From Rhodothermales bacterium (GTDB lineage Bacteria; Bacteroidota; Rhodothermia; Rhodothermales; Bin80): a stretch of 64,000 nt of DNA. The translations under genes and the position numbers were made by a program. Of the stretch, positions 27,545-39,503 are shown one piece after another (the first letter of the stretch is position 1; every line of letters begins with the position of its first letter). The notes beneath the pieces are model-generated. The model did no database searches. It was not told the DNA's origin and saw nothing but the letters and a program-made list of their open reading frames with translations. Where the stretch lies: positions 62,080 through 126,079 of the forward strand of contig OY760427.1 in NCBI GenBank assembly GCA_963663495.1. The letters are read 5' to 3'.

Positions 27545-29334
27545 GAGCCTTTTGCAAAACCCCGGTGTATTCGGCGGTGGTGGCGACCAAAATGCCCAAA
27601 TTTTCGGGTTTTTCGACATTACGCCGGGAGCATTGGCATGTGTTGCCTCTGGATCCAGATGTTTAGGCGGTCCATAGGCGATGAAGGCTTCCCGGGGGGT
27701 GAATTCGAGGCAGAATCCGTGCTTTGTGGGCACACCTATGCCTGGCTCCTGCTTCGCACAAAACCCGATTAGCGCAATTTACGTCTGGATTCCTGTCTCT
27801 ATTGCACCATACGCAACAGCTGATCTACCGTCAGTACCAGCACCCCAAACATCAAGTGGCATGTCACCTTCTTGTGCCCACGCACGCGGACATTACGACC
27901 ACCAAACTCATCCTTGAGCCGCCCGAAGGCTCGCTCAACCGTTGAGCGCTCCCTGTAACGAACATCCTCAGGCAGTACCAATCCGGCTGCTCGCTGGGCC
28001 GTTTTCTCGAGGATAAGCGCCGCCTTACCTTTGCGTCGCGGATTATGGTCGATAATCGGCACGTGCCCCAAGCCTTTACTGTGCTCGTGAATCTGCTTCG
28101 CGTCGTATGCACTGTCCATCAGATCATACAAATTGCGTACCCGCAGTTGAGATATCGTAGCCAACGGAATCGCCGCCTGGCTATCATGCAAAGATGCAGA
28201 GGAAACAAAACCGCTGATTGGTACGCCTCCGTCGGCCACATCCATGTGCAACTTGTACCCCGTCCATTTCTGCGTATGTCCCTTCGCATTGCGCTTAACG
28301 CCTACCGTACATCGCTTCGGTAACTCCTCCAACATCCTCCTCTATCCCCATGGTACGCTGGCGCACCAGCCGCGGCAACTCCTTCGGAGGCTTTTCATCC
28401 TTGGTAGGATGCGATGATTTGCACTCTTCTGGACGCTCTAACTCCTTTTTCTGGGGTACCGGGTCCTCTTGCGCCACTATCGCGGTCGAATCCTGCGATG
28501 GATGGCCCACCTCCGGTAATTCCTCCTCCATCTCTATTGCCAGCTGGCCCACGAGCCGCTTCGGCTTCTTTGAACGCTCTTCATCCTTGGAAGGACTCGC
28601 TGGTTTGCACTCTGGACGCTCCGACTCCTTTTTCAGTACCGGCTTCTCTCGCGCTGCTATTGCGGTCGAATCACGCGATAGGTGCCCCACCAACTGCTCC
28701 GAATACCCCTCCTTTATCAGAGCCTCATGTACACGCGTCGGCAATTCCGCCTCTGAAAATTCCCTGAACGCACGTGAAAAGGTCGCCTCACTCGGCACAT
28801 CCTCCAACCGATGCCAACCACACAAACGCCGCAGCGTCAGATCCGAACGCAACCGCTCCACCAACGCTCTGGTCGTATCCATATTGAACACCATCTTCGC
28901 CAGGAACGCCCGCGCAAGGGCAGCACGGCTCTTCAACGGACGCCCGGGTATACCGTCCTGAGCACTGGGCAGAAAGCGCTCAACTCGCACCATCTCCAGT
29001 ACCGAGAGCAGCTTCTTATGGCGCCCCTCCAAGGGGCCAATCGTTTCCTCCACCTAGGGAAAAAGCTCCCGTTGGCAGTTGATCCAGAATCCGCTTAACT
29101 TAGAATTGAGGGAGATGAGAACCTTCGTTTTTTGCGAGTTTGGTTTCTCCTCCAAAGACACCTGACACGGAGGTTCCAGTCCTTCAAGTGTGCTCGCTAG
29201 CACACATTTTCATGGCCTGCAGAATCCTCCATCTGCACCCGCAGAGCAGTCAAATCTACCTGACCAGCCCCCTGTCTTAGGAAATCGCATCTTCAGACAA
29301 AAACACCCCGATTCAAGGGTTTTGCAAAAGGCTC
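27545..29334 (-). mobile_element. IS5/IS1182-like element (1790 bp), 18-bp perfect TIR, TSD AAGA
   Basis: GAGCCTTTTGCAAAACCC at 27545-27562 and its exact reverse complement at 29317-29334. AAGA at 27541-27544 and 29335-29338. Confidence 0.88.
27799..29053 (-). pseudogene. IS5/IS1182-like DDE transposase with an internal tandem duplication and a frameshift
   Basis: N-terminal DUF772-like part (GRPLKSRAALARAFLAKMVFN). The block around DSTAI occurs twice (HLSRDSTAIAAREKP / HPSQDSTAIVAQEDP). A second ORF (DSAYD...YRERSTVERAFGRLKDEFG) lies in another frame. Confidence 0.8.
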
Positions 29335-29412
29335 AAGATGCAGTTCACCGCACGCTGACAGGAAAGGTAGCTATCGGTTACCGCCCTCTGAAAATCGTTC
29401 AATCTTGCTCCA

Positions 29413-30369
29413 TTAGGCTGCCGATGTGAAGCGATCCACAATAATGAGTGCCACAAGAAGCGGGATGTACAGGATTGAGCGGCTTAAAATGCGCCGGGCA
29501 TTCCGTGTATTGCGGGCCCGGTAGAAGGTAAGGGTGGGCAGTAGGAACCAAATACCGAGTACGGTGGCACCTGCCAAGTATATCCAGCCCGCCAGCCCGA
29601 ATAAGGTCGGCACCAGCGAAGAGACGAGCAGGCCCGCACTGTACACCAGCACTTGACGGGCCGTAGCTTTACCATCTGGATCTTCCACAGTGGTCATCAG
29701 GTAGCGCGCACGCGCGTAGTCCTTCCGGTACATCCATGCTAAGGAAAGAAAGTGCGGCATCTGCCAGAACGCGAGGATCACAAACAGAATCCACCCGCCT
29801 GCTCCAAGTGCACCCGTTGCCGCCGTAAACCCACCGAGACCGGGCAAGGCCCCCGGTAGCAGTCCGACAAGTGTGTTGTAGGTGGTCTTGCGCTTTAGTG
29901 GAGTGTACACCAGAACGTACAGCGCTATAGTTAGTGCTGCAAGGAAAGCAGTAAGCACGTTTACAAAAACTAGCAAGGTTAATCCGAATGCTGTCGTAAG
30001 GAGACCGTACCCAAGCGCCAGGCCCGGAGCAATGCGGCCGGACGGCAGGGGACGACTGGCTGTACGCCGCATCAGCGCATCGTAGGAACGCTCCGCAAAA
30101 TGGTTCAGAGCGCCACCGCCCGCAGCGCTAAGGCCTGTCCCGAGTAGCGTTAGGCTCAGAAGCCAGGCATCCACACTATCTGGAGACCCGAGAAGAAATC
30201 CTGCAAGCGCAGAGATAACAACCACGAGCGCAATTTCCGGCTTAGCAAGCTCCCACAGGTCTAGGATTATGGGCCAACGGCCCGGTGCCCGCGGTGGATG
30301 TCGCCCCCTCGTCCCGGTATGAGATTGTTCTGGCACGACGGATGCGGACACGGCCTCCAGCGTACTCAT
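29413..30369 (-). CDS. ctaB: protoheme IX farnesyltransferase (heme O synthase)
   Basis: UbiA-family polytopic protein with the NHFAERSYDALMRRTASRPLPSG motif. It overlaps ctaA by 4 nt. Confidence 0.88.
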   Translation of the reverse strand: MSTLEAVSASVVPEQSHTGTRGRHPPRAPGRWPIILDLWELAKPEIALVVVISALAGFLLGSPDSVDAWLLSLTLLGTGLSAAGGGALNHFAERSYDALMRRTASRPLPSGRIAPGLALGYGLLTTAFGLTLLVFVNVLTAFLAALTIALYVLVYTPLKRKTTYNTLVGLLPGALPGLGGFTAATGALGAGGWILFVILAFWQMPHFLSLAWMYRKDYARARYLMTTVEDPDGKATARQVLVYSAGLLVSSLVPTLFGLAGWIYLAGATVLGIWFLLPTLTFYRARNTRNARRILSRSILYIPLLVALIIVDRFTSAA

Positions 30370-31379
30370 GATGGAATCGGAGCAGGGAGCACCCGGAAGG
30401 CCAGCAGGGTCATGGCGACAGTGGTGCCTATGAGTAAGGTGCCAGTTAAAAGATGTGCAGAGTTTAAGAACACCTGCGCTGCACTACGCTGGAGCATCTG
30501 AGCTTCAACCAACAACACCGCAAAGGCAATGAAGCCGAGCACCAGTTGCACTCCTACAACTCCAAGCATACCCCAAGCCACACGTTGCAGGGGCTTGGAT
30601 ACGGCAAAGTGCCTGCGCACAAAGGCCGCCGTAACGAGCATCAGGACCAGACAGAGTGCTGCACCCATGATATGCAGGACGGCAAGAATCGCATCGGTGC
30701 CTCCACCCTCATGCCGTAGTAGCGCCCCGAGAAAAACCTGGAGGTATAACACCATCAGGGTAGCAGCGGATAAGATCCTAAACCGATAACGACGAGGAGA
30801 TGAGATCAACGCCGTGGCTTCCCACGCGGGAAAGAAGGCTAGTGCTACCGCGACGATACACGAAAAAAAGAGTTGGGCCACCAACGCATGTACAACGGCC
30901 AAGTCCACCGACACCCAGATTACCCGTAGGCCGCCAAGCAGGCCTTGGAAGACCACGAGTAGGAGAACTCCGCCAACGAGGCGGCGCAGCCACCGCCGTG
31001 ACTCCGTACGCCAAGTCCATGCCACTAGGAAGACTGCCCACAGCCCTACGAGGGTACCCATAAGACGATGCCCATGTTCTGCGAGAATCGGAGCGTGCTG
31101 CCACCATCGCGATGTTGGGTTTGATGGATCATTAAAGCCGGTGGCGATGGGGTCCAGTGAACCGAAGGATGTGGGCCAATCCGGCACCGCAAGCCCCGCA
31201 TCAATGCTCGTAACCACACCGCCCCATCCTATCAGGACGAGCGTAAGCAGTAAACCAAGCACAGCATACCAGCGGCGCCCACGGAGGTCAGCCGGGGTCC
31301 GAGGATCAGAATTGTCGGGCCGCATGTTCAACCGGTGGCGATGCGTCGGGGCAACAGTACGCCGCAGATACGGTTCCAT
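30366..31379 (-). CDS. ctaA: heme A synthase (COX15/CtaA family)
   Basis: Eight-TM protein with conserved His residues (EHGHRLMG, VHALVAQ, LLRHEGG, VLHIMGA). It lies in an operon with ctaB. Confidence 0.82.
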   Translation of the reverse strand: MEPYLRRTVAPTHRHRLNMRPDNSDPRTPADLRGRRWYAVLGLLLTLVLIGWGGVVTSIDAGLAVPDWPTSFGSLDPIATGFNDPSNPTSRWWQHAPILAEHGHRLMGTLVGLWAVFLVAWTWRTESRRWLRRLVGGVLLLVVFQGLLGGLRVIWVSVDLAVVHALVAQLFFSCIVAVALAFFPAWEATALISSPRRYRFRILSAATLMVLYLQVFLGALLRHEGGGTDAILAVLHIMGAALCLVLMLVTAAFVRRHFAVSKPLQRVAWGMLGVVGVQLVLGFIAFAVLLVEAQMLQRSAAQVFLNSAHLLTGTLLIGTTVAMTLLAFRVLPAPIPS

Positions 31380-31417
31380 TAGAGACGCAAATATCCACGC
31401 TATCCTTCTGTTCGACT

Positions 31418-32770
31418 ATGCCGCTAATAGCTTCCATCTCCGGTATTCGCGGTGTGTTTGGGGACGGCTTGGATGCCGGAGTACTGGTGCGGTATTCAGG
31501 GGCTTTCGGGGCGTGGTGCAGGGAAAAGACGACCAAGCCTCGCGTTGTGGTTGGCCGCGATGGACGGGTTACCGGCCCGGTCTGCACGCAGCTGGTGGTG
31601 GGGACGCTCCGTAGTGTCGGTTGTGATGTGATTGACGCAGGGATGGCATCAACGCCGACTGTTGCAATGGCCGTAATGGCAGCAGGGGCAGACGGAGGGA
31701 TAGTGTTGTCGGCCTCCCATAATCCCGCGGAGTGGAACGCGTTAAAGCTCTTGGACTCAACAGGAGAGTATGTGTCACCGGAGGATGGTGCGAGGATAAT
31801 GGCCTTAGCCGACGCGGGTCACCTGCCGGGCGTCACCTACACCGAATTGGGCCGGCTGCATTGTGCGGATTACCTGGAGCACCATGTGGCGTCTATCCAG
31901 GGGCTTGATTTTTGCAGGCAACAGGCCATTGCCAAGCGTGGATTCAAGGTTGTAATTGATGGCATTAATTCAGTCGGAGCTATCGCAATGCCGCGGCTGT
32001 TGAACGCGTTGGGTGTGCGCGAGGTGAAGGTGGTAAATGGAGACCCTTCCGGGCTGTTTGCGCATCCGGCGGAGCCGCTACCCGGCCACCTTCACGAGAC
32101 CATGGAAGTGGTGCGATCCTCTGGAGCGGACTTGGGATTGGTAGTGGACCCTGACGCCGATAGGCTGGCGTTGATTGAAGGTTCAGGCAGGTATGTGAGT
32201 GAGGAGCTAACGCAGGTGCTGGCAGCCGATTTTCTGTGGCGCCATAAACGCGGGCCGTTCGTTACCAACCTGTCTTCATCTCGGGCCATTGATGATGTGG
32301 CTGCACGCTACGGTATGCCGGTATTCCGGTCCGCCGTGGGCGAAATCAATGTGGTGAAGAAAATGCAGGAAGTCGGTGCTATTTTGGGCGGTGAAGGAAA
32401 TGGTGGCGTAATCCTGCCCGATCTCCACTACGGAAGGGATGGGCTATTGGGTGCGGCCATGGTGCTGCAGCACCTTGCCGACGAAGGGATATCATTAGCT
32501 GCCTGGTGCGCTACGATGCCACGCTACGTGATCTCAAAGAATAAAATTCCTCTCGGAAGGATGGATGCGAAGGAGGCTATGCAGCGTGTTGCCGACGGCA
32601 TCAGCGACGGGAGCGCCTCCACGGAGGATGGGCTGAAAATCGACTTTGAGGAAGGGTGGGTGGGATTGCGCAAATCAAACACGGAACCTGTGCTGCGTGT
32701 TTACGCGGAGGCGCGAACGGAAGAGGGCGCACGCACCTTGGCAAGGCGTGTGCTAGACGAACTGGCCTGA
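31418..32770 (+). CDS. glmM: phosphoglucosamine mutase (alpha-D-phosphohexomutase family)
   Basis: SGIRG..., the SASHNPAEWNALK active-site Ser loop and the DPDADR metal loop. Confidence 0.78.
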   Translation: MPLIASISGIRGVFGDGLDAGVLVRYSGAFGAWCREKTTKPRVVVGRDGRVTGPVCTQLVVGTLRSVGCDVIDAGMASTPTVAMAVMAAGADGGIVLSASHNPAEWNALKLLDSTGEYVSPEDGARIMALADAGHLPGVTYTELGRLHCADYLEHHVASIQGLDFCRQQAIAKRGFKVVIDGINSVGAIAMPRLLNALGVREVKVVNGDPSGLFAHPAEPLPGHLHETMEVVRSSGADLGLVVDPDADRLALIEGSGRYVSEELTQVLAADFLWRHKRGPFVTNLSSSRAIDDVAARYGMPVFRSAVGEINVVKKMQEVGAILGGEGNGGVILPDLHYGRDGLLGAAMVLQHLADEGISLAAWCATMPRYVISKNKIPLGRMDAKEAMQRVADGISDGSASTEDGLKIDFEEGWVGLRKSNTEPVLRVYAEARTEEGARTLARRVLDELA

Positions 32771-32777
32771 AACAGCT

Positions 32778-32807
32778 GGGGGCGAAGCCTTGGCAGACTC
32801 CGCCCCC
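32778..32807. terminator. hairpin between the convergent glmM and groEL genes (candidate bidirectional terminator)
   Basis: GGGGGCG (32778-32784) pairs with CGCCCCC (32801-32807). There is no clear U-tract. Confidence 0.35.
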
Positions 32808-32828
32808 GGTGGCAAAGCGTAGTGTGGG

Positions 32829-34514
<1,686 letters not shown>

Positions 34515-34528
34515 TTATTGGTGAGGGA

Positions 34529-34819
34529 TTAGTCCTGGACAACGCCAAGGATGTCACTTTCGCGGACGATCAGGTAATCAATCCCGTCAAGCGTGATTTC
34601 GGTGCCTGCATATTTGCCGTACAGGACCGTGTCTCCCTCGTTGACCGTCATGTCAATTTTTGTGCCGTTTTCGACCTTGCCGGGCCCAACGGCTATTACC
34701 GTTCCGCGTTGCGGTTTCTCTTTTGCGGTGTCCGGGATGAACAAACCGCTCGCGGTTTGTTCATCGGCGTCCTGGGCCTTAACGACCACGCGATCGCTGA
34801 GTGGTTGAATCATACTCAT
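34529..34819 (-). CDS. groS: co-chaperonin GroES
   Basis: 96 aa: IQPLSDRVVVKA...GKVENG...GDTVLYGKYAGTE. Confidence 0.95.
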   Translation of the reverse strand: MSMIQPLSDRVVVKAQDADEQTASGLFIPDTAKEKPQRGTVIAVGPGKVENGTKIDMTVNEGDTVLYGKYAGTEITLDGIDYLIVRESDILGVVQD

Positions 34820-34859
34820 GGTGGTACCTCCTATGGGTTATGAATGGGTGATAGACTTG

Positions 34860-34886
34860 TTAGCACTCTAAGGTGGTGAGTGCCAA
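34860..34886. promoter_or_regulatory. CIRCE element (HrcA operator) upstream of groES
   Basis: TTAGCACTC-N9-GAGTGCCAA compared with the consensus TTAGCACTC-N9-GAGTGCTAA. It sits 41 nt upstream of the groES start. Confidence 0.8.
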
Positions 34887-35087
34887 GACCAACCTTGCCT
34901 CAAACGGCGTTGTTCCCGGCATTGCCAGCCGTTCTGGGGACCACGCAAAAAGCGTGCCTAAGAATCGAGGGTAGTCTGGAAAGGACTTCGACTGCCACAA
35001 ATGCAGCCATCCTGCAGTATATTTTGCCAGACTGCCAAAACGTCAGCGTTTCTTCAACTTTTTCCTTGCTCAAGTCGGTACACAGTC

Positions 35088-36845
35088 ATGATGGAATCAC
35101 GCGGACGAGCTGACATTCGGTTTCAGGTGGACGAAAACCCGCCGCGTAACGTTGCTATCGGTCTCGGTGTGCAGCTGGCGATTCTGTGCATCGCGGGCAT
35201 TGTGCTGACGCCGGTGGTGGTGATACGCGCCGCCGGGGGGACAGAGGAGTACATGACGTGGGCGGTTTTTATGGTAGTGCTGGTGTGCGCGATCACGACC
35301 GTTGTCCAAGCGGTGCGCGTGGGACGTATCGGTGCCGGGTATGTGCTTCTGATGGGGACAAGCGGGGCATTTATCGCTGTGAGCATTACTGCGCTGGTTG
35401 AAGGTGGGCCCGCGATGCTGGCAGCCTTGATTATTGTCTCGTCATTCTTTCAGTTCGTGCTTGCCTCGCGCCTTGCGCTGGTCCGGCGGATTCTGACGCA
35501 GACGGTTGCAGGTACGGTAATCATGCTGATTGCAGTTACGGTTATGCCCATAGCGTTTGATATGTACAGCAGTGTGCCGGAGGGGGCCCCTCGTACCGCG
35601 GCGCCGGTATGCGTGCTTATAACCGTTGGCGTGATGGTGATGCTAGCATTAAAGGCAACCCGGGGCCTGCGCCTCTGGGCTCCTGTACTTGGGGTGATAG
35701 CGGGAGCCATCGCAGGGGCATGGTTTGGCATTTACGATTTTGAACGGGTAGCGAACGCCGGTTGGATAGGAATTCCCACGGCAGGCTACCCGGGTGTGGA
35801 TCTGAGCTTCCGCCCCGAATTCTGGGCCTTGCTGCCTGCCTTCATTTTTGTAACGATGGTAGGCGCTATTGAGACGATTGGCGATAGCGTTGCCATCCAG
35901 AGCGTGTCATGGCGTCGAAAGCGGGCGGTCGACTTTAAGGCCGTACAGGGTGCGGTAGCTGCAGACGGTTTGGGAAACCTGCTTTCGGGCCTCGGAGGGA
36001 CACTGCCGAATACCACCTATTCTACGAGCATCTCCGTTACTGAGCTGACTGGGGTGGGATCGCGCGTTGTCGGCGTATGGATTGGTGTTGCGTTTTTGAT
36101 AACGGCATTCGTTCCGAAGCTGCTGGCACTCGTCATGGCTGTGCCCGACCCTGTTGCAGGTGCCTACATCACAGTGCTCATTGCAATGCTTTTTGTAGCG
36201 GGCATGAGGATTGTGGTGCAGGACGGTATAAGTTATCGCCATGGACTGATTGCAGGATTAGCATTCTGGATGGGAGTGGGATGCCAGAACAACCTCATAT
36301 TCCCGGAAATTGTCGGTACGTTTGCTGGAGGCGTACTCCAAAACGGAATGACGAGCGGAGGTTTGGTCGCGGTCGGCCTTACGCTGTTTATGGAATTCAC
36401 GGAGTCCAGGCCGCGGCGCGTGGAAGCGCAATTAGGCGTGCAGGCAATGCCGCAGTTACAGGAATTCGTGCGCGACTTCGCCTTGAAACGAGGTTGGAAT
36501 GCCGCGATGGGAACACGCATGGAGGCGGTGGTAGAGGAAACCATCCTCACGCTGGTAGGCGAGGACGCCGAGGCAGGCCGTCGGTTGTTGCTAGTTGTTC
36601 GTAAGCGTGCGGGCGATGCCGTGCTTGAGTTTATCGCCGGAAACGAAGGCGAGAACCTGCAAGATCAGATTTCACTACTGGGAGACAAAGTTACAAGCTC
36701 TGCCGCTGAAGCAGAGGTATCGCTTCGCCTGCTGCGCCACTTGACATCGTCGGTACGGCACCAGCGCTACTACCAGACAGACATCGTTACATGCACCGTC
36801 AGGCCTCCGACAAAGGAGCGGCAGCGCAGCGGTGCGCGGGGATAA
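35088..36845 (+). CDS. NCS2/xanthine-uracil permease family transporter with a roughly 170-aa C-terminal cytoplasmic extension
   Basis: About 12 TM segments typical of nucleobase:cation symporter-2, followed by a soluble tail. The start is moved to the MMESRG at 35088. Confidence 0.75.
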   Translation: MMESRGRADIRFQVDENPPRNVAIGLGVQLAILCIAGIVLTPVVVIRAAGGTEEYMTWAVFMVVLVCAITTVVQAVRVGRIGAGYVLLMGTSGAFIAVSITALVEGGPAMLAALIIVSSFFQFVLASRLALVRRILTQTVAGTVIMLIAVTVMPIAFDMYSSVPEGAPRTAAPVCVLITVGVMVMLALKATRGLRLWAPVLGVIAGAIAGAWFGIYDFERVANAGWIGIPTAGYPGVDLSFRPEFWALLPAFIFVTMVGAIETIGDSVAIQSVSWRRKRAVDFKAVQGAVAADGLGNLLSGLGGTLPNTTYSTSISVTELTGVGSRVVGVWIGVAFLITAFVPKLLALVMAVPDPVAGAYITVLIAMLFVAGMRIVVQDGISYRHGLIAGLAFWMGVGCQNNLIFPEIVGTFAGGVLQNGMTSGGLVAVGLTLFMEFTESRPRRVEAQLGVQAMPQLQEFVRDFALKRGWNAAMGTRMEAVVEETILTLVGEDAEAGRRLLLVVRKRAGDAVLEFIAGNEGENLQDQISLLGDKVTSSAAEAEVSLRLLRHLTSSVRHQRYYQTDIVTCTVRPPTKERQRSGARG

Positions 36846-36943
36846 GCGGCATTTTACCACCAAGACTCATCGGACGTAGTAGCAAAGGTCGGTGTACTTA
36901 CAGTAGCTCAGCAGATCTCCATCGCAGCAACTGGATCCTGATC

Positions 36944-37414
36944 ATGCTGGCCCTTTCTGTGCTGGCAGGGACAGCGACCGTGTATGTGGGCTTGAGTCCT
37001 GCCCCTCGTGCACTTTTATACCAAGCGTTTGCTGCGGTGTGCCACCAGATTCCGGAACGATCTCCACGCATCACGGGTGTATTGCTTCCAGTCTGCCATC
37101 GGTGCTATGGAGTATATGTGGGCCTGTTCGCTGCTCCGTGGGTGGCGCTGCTGTGGCGTGGCCTCCGTGTCATGATCGGGCGCCATCCTAGGCCTGCGTT
37201 GCTTTTGTCACTGGTTCCGATTGGGCTGGACTGGCTTCTGGGGTTGTTGCAGGTTTGGGAAAACACCGCAGGCACCCGTACGGGTACGGGAGTGTTTTTT
37301 GGACTGATTGCGGGGCACATCGCCGTGGTCATGCTTGCGTGGCCAAATATTGAGCAATTGCCATTGCGGACAACAATGGCGTATCTTAGCGGTTGCTTCC
37401 GGCAATCTGACTAA
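36944..37414 (+). CDS. DUF2085-like membrane protein
   Basis: CHQIPERSPRITGVLLPVCHRCYGVYVG motif plus 4 TM segments. Confidence 0.65.
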   Translation: MLALSVLAGTATVYVGLSPAPRALLYQAFAAVCHQIPERSPRITGVLLPVCHRCYGVYVGLFAAPWVALLWRGLRVMIGRHPRPALLLSLVPIGLDWLLGLLQVWENTAGTRTGTGVFFGLIAGHIAVVMLAWPNIEQLPLRTTMAYLSGCFRQSD

Positions 37415-37423
37415 CGCACGACT

Positions 37424-37921
37424 ATGTCTGACAAATTGACTTCAGCTTCCATCGGTGGACTCGTTGGGGGACTCTTGGGCGCGCTGATGGCCCTACCTCA
37501 GAATCAGTTGCTATCCACCATTTCTTGTTTAGTGTACATGTTGGCTGGAGGAATCGGCGTCTGGCATTATACAAACGAGCACAATGTCACGCTTGAAGGT
37601 AAGCAGGGTGTAGAATTGGGCGCGTTGTCTGGAGTTGTCGGCGCGCTTATAGGTGCGACACTAGGATTCTTTTTTATGGCCATTGACATGTTGCCAACGC
37701 AGGCAGAGGCGATGTCTGAGGCCATGGAGCGTATGGAAGAGGCGGGGGCAGAGTCGGGAATGGGTTTCATGGAGATGATGGCCGGGCCCGCCGGAATGGC
37801 GATAGGACTCGTGATAGCTATTGTCATAGGAGCGGTCATGGGCCTTAGTGGAGGTGCCATAGGTGCAGCAATGTTCAAAAAGGGCAGCGAAGACCAGGAT
37901 TTGGAAGAGGGCTCGGAATAA
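37424..37921 (+). CDS. glycine-rich integral membrane protein, function unknown
   Basis: Four hydrophobic G/A-rich helices and an acidic tail. Confidence 0.6.
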   Translation: MSDKLTSASIGGLVGGLLGALMALPQNQLLSTISCLVYMLAGGIGVWHYTNEHNVTLEGKQGVELGALSGVVGALIGATLGFFFMAIDMLPTQAEAMSEAMERMEEAGAESGMGFMEMMAGPAGMAIGLVIAIVIGAVMGLSGGAIGAAMFKKGSEDQDLEEGSE

Positions 37922-37969
37922 TTCCCCTTCAAGAAGAGGCACCTGACCATGGGTCGGTGGCGGGACCTC

Positions 37970-38410
37970 CTATCTTCTGTCGAGGCCCGTCCTGTACAAC
38001 GGTGGTCGCATGGCCCGAGGTGCACCAAAGACCTCCGAAAGTACAAACGATCGACGAGCAAAACCCGGGTCCCTAAGATTCCTGCCGAGGCCTGCACGCC
38101 TTGCGCGGGGTTTCAGTGGTGGTAAGGCGGTCGAGACAGCGTGTTTGGGTTCAGATGCGACGGAAAGGGGTTGAGGTTCCGCTGTTGCCGGATATTGCGC
38201 CGTGTTGGCATCCTCGGCAGAATCACGTTGAAAGTCCAGTAGCTGCTGTAACGCCTGGTTCACAGGCGAGAGCACCTTGGAATTGGCCGGGCGCTTCTTC
38301 TTGCGGCCAAGAAGGCTGAGGATGATGTACCCCAAGAGCAGAGCAAGAGTCCAGACAAAGTCGTTCATGGCACGCTGAATATTGTTACAAGCCTGCGGTA
38401 TTACTGACAA
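37970..38410 (-). CDS. hypothetical single-pass membrane protein
   Basis: One TM helix (FVWTLALLLGYIILSLL) and a low-complexity tail. It overlaps the 3' end of mutY by 26 nt. Confidence 0.4.
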   Translation of the reverse strand: MSVIPQACNNIQRAMNDFVWTLALLLGYIILSLLGRKKKRPANSKVLSPVNQALQQLLDFQRDSAEDANTAQYPATAEPQPLSVASEPKHAVSTALPPLKPRARRAGLGRNLRDPGFARRSFVLSEVFGAPRAMRPPLYRTGLDRR

Positions 38411-39461
38411 GGTGCGTCAGTATACGCCGGTTGGCCCGAGGAAAAGGATAGTCAGCCAGTTCCGACATCAGGATCCACCGTAGCGGCCTGTCTGAAGTTA
38501 CCACTCCACTCGTAATTGCGCATCGAAAAACGGAAAGAGTTATCCGAAAATGGGAATAGGCATGCTTTACGGACATGACGCATTCTCCCACTGCTACTTC
38601 GACTCCTAGTTCCTCGAACAGTTCGCGTTGGCAGGCCTGTTGAAGCGATTCACCGTCTTTCTTCTTCCCGCCAGGGAGTTCCCACAGGCCCCCAAGCAGC
38701 CCTTCTGGTGCTCGCTGTTGAATGAGCAGGCGGTTCTCCTTGTCGTATAGAAGCCCGGCAGCGACGTCATAGTGCGGTATCATGGAACGCTTCTTTCTGG
38801 CGGGAAATTGGTCCGCACAGTCGTGTGTTTGTGCATAACAGACTCGGCGTAGCGGGCAGGCACGGCAGCTCGGTGTCTTTGGACTGCACAATGTGGCTCC
38901 AAGCTCCATGACAGCCTCATTGAAGGTACCCGCCCGGGCTCCAGGAATCAGCGCCGCCGCAAGTCTGCGTGTGGTGCGCATGGATTGTTCGCCGAAGAGT
39001 CGGGCCAGTACACGGTGCGCATTCGCGTCTATCGCCGGTACCGGCAATCCGAAGGCAATGGAAGCAATGGCACCCGCAGTGTAGGGACCGATGCCTGGAA
39101 GATTCAGCAGGGCATCATACGATGACGGCAGACGCCCCTGGTAGTCTGTAACGATTGTTTTGGCGCACCTGTGCAGGTTTCTCGCCCTCGAATAGTACCC
39201 AAGTCCTTCCCACACCCTCAGCACCTCGTCAATGGGTGCTGCAGCAAGTTCCTCGACAGATGGAAATCGCTTGATGAACCGCCGATAATAGGGCGCCGCC
39301 TGCTGCACACGTGTCTGTTGGAGCATGACTTCCGAGATCCAAATGGCGTAGGGATCTCCAGTCAGTCTCCACGGCATTGGGCGTTTGTTTTGATCGAACC
39401 ACTTAAGAAGTCTATCCACAGCCTCGCGGTGAACTGCGGTGATGGCTGGCAACCGTTGCAT
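38385..39461 (-). CDS. mutY: A/G-specific adenine DNA glycosylase
   Basis: PWRLTGDPYAIWISEVMLQQT, HhH-GPD, a 4Fe-4S Cys cluster (C.P.C..CP....C) and a NUDIX-like C-terminal domain. Confidence 0.9.
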   Translation of the reverse strand: MQRLPAITAVHREAVDRLLKWFDQNKRPMPWRLTGDPYAIWISEVMLQQTRVQQAAPYYRRFIKRFPSVEELAAAPIDEVLRVWEGLGYYSRARNLHRCAKTIVTDYQGRLPSSYDALLNLPGIGPYTAGAIASIAFGLPVPAIDANAHRVLARLFGEQSMRTTRRLAAALIPGARAGTFNEAVMELGATLCSPKTPSCRACPLRRVCYAQTHDCADQFPARKKRSMIPHYDVAAGLLYDKENRLLIQQRAPEGLLGGLWELPGGKKKDGESLQQACQRELFEELGVEVAVGECVMSVKHAYSHFRITLSVFRCAITSGVVTSDRPLRWILMSELADYPFPRANRRILTHLVSNTAGL

Positions 39462-39503
39462 GGTCTCTGGAACGGGAACTGTTTGCGCTCGTTTCGAAAT
39501 GCC

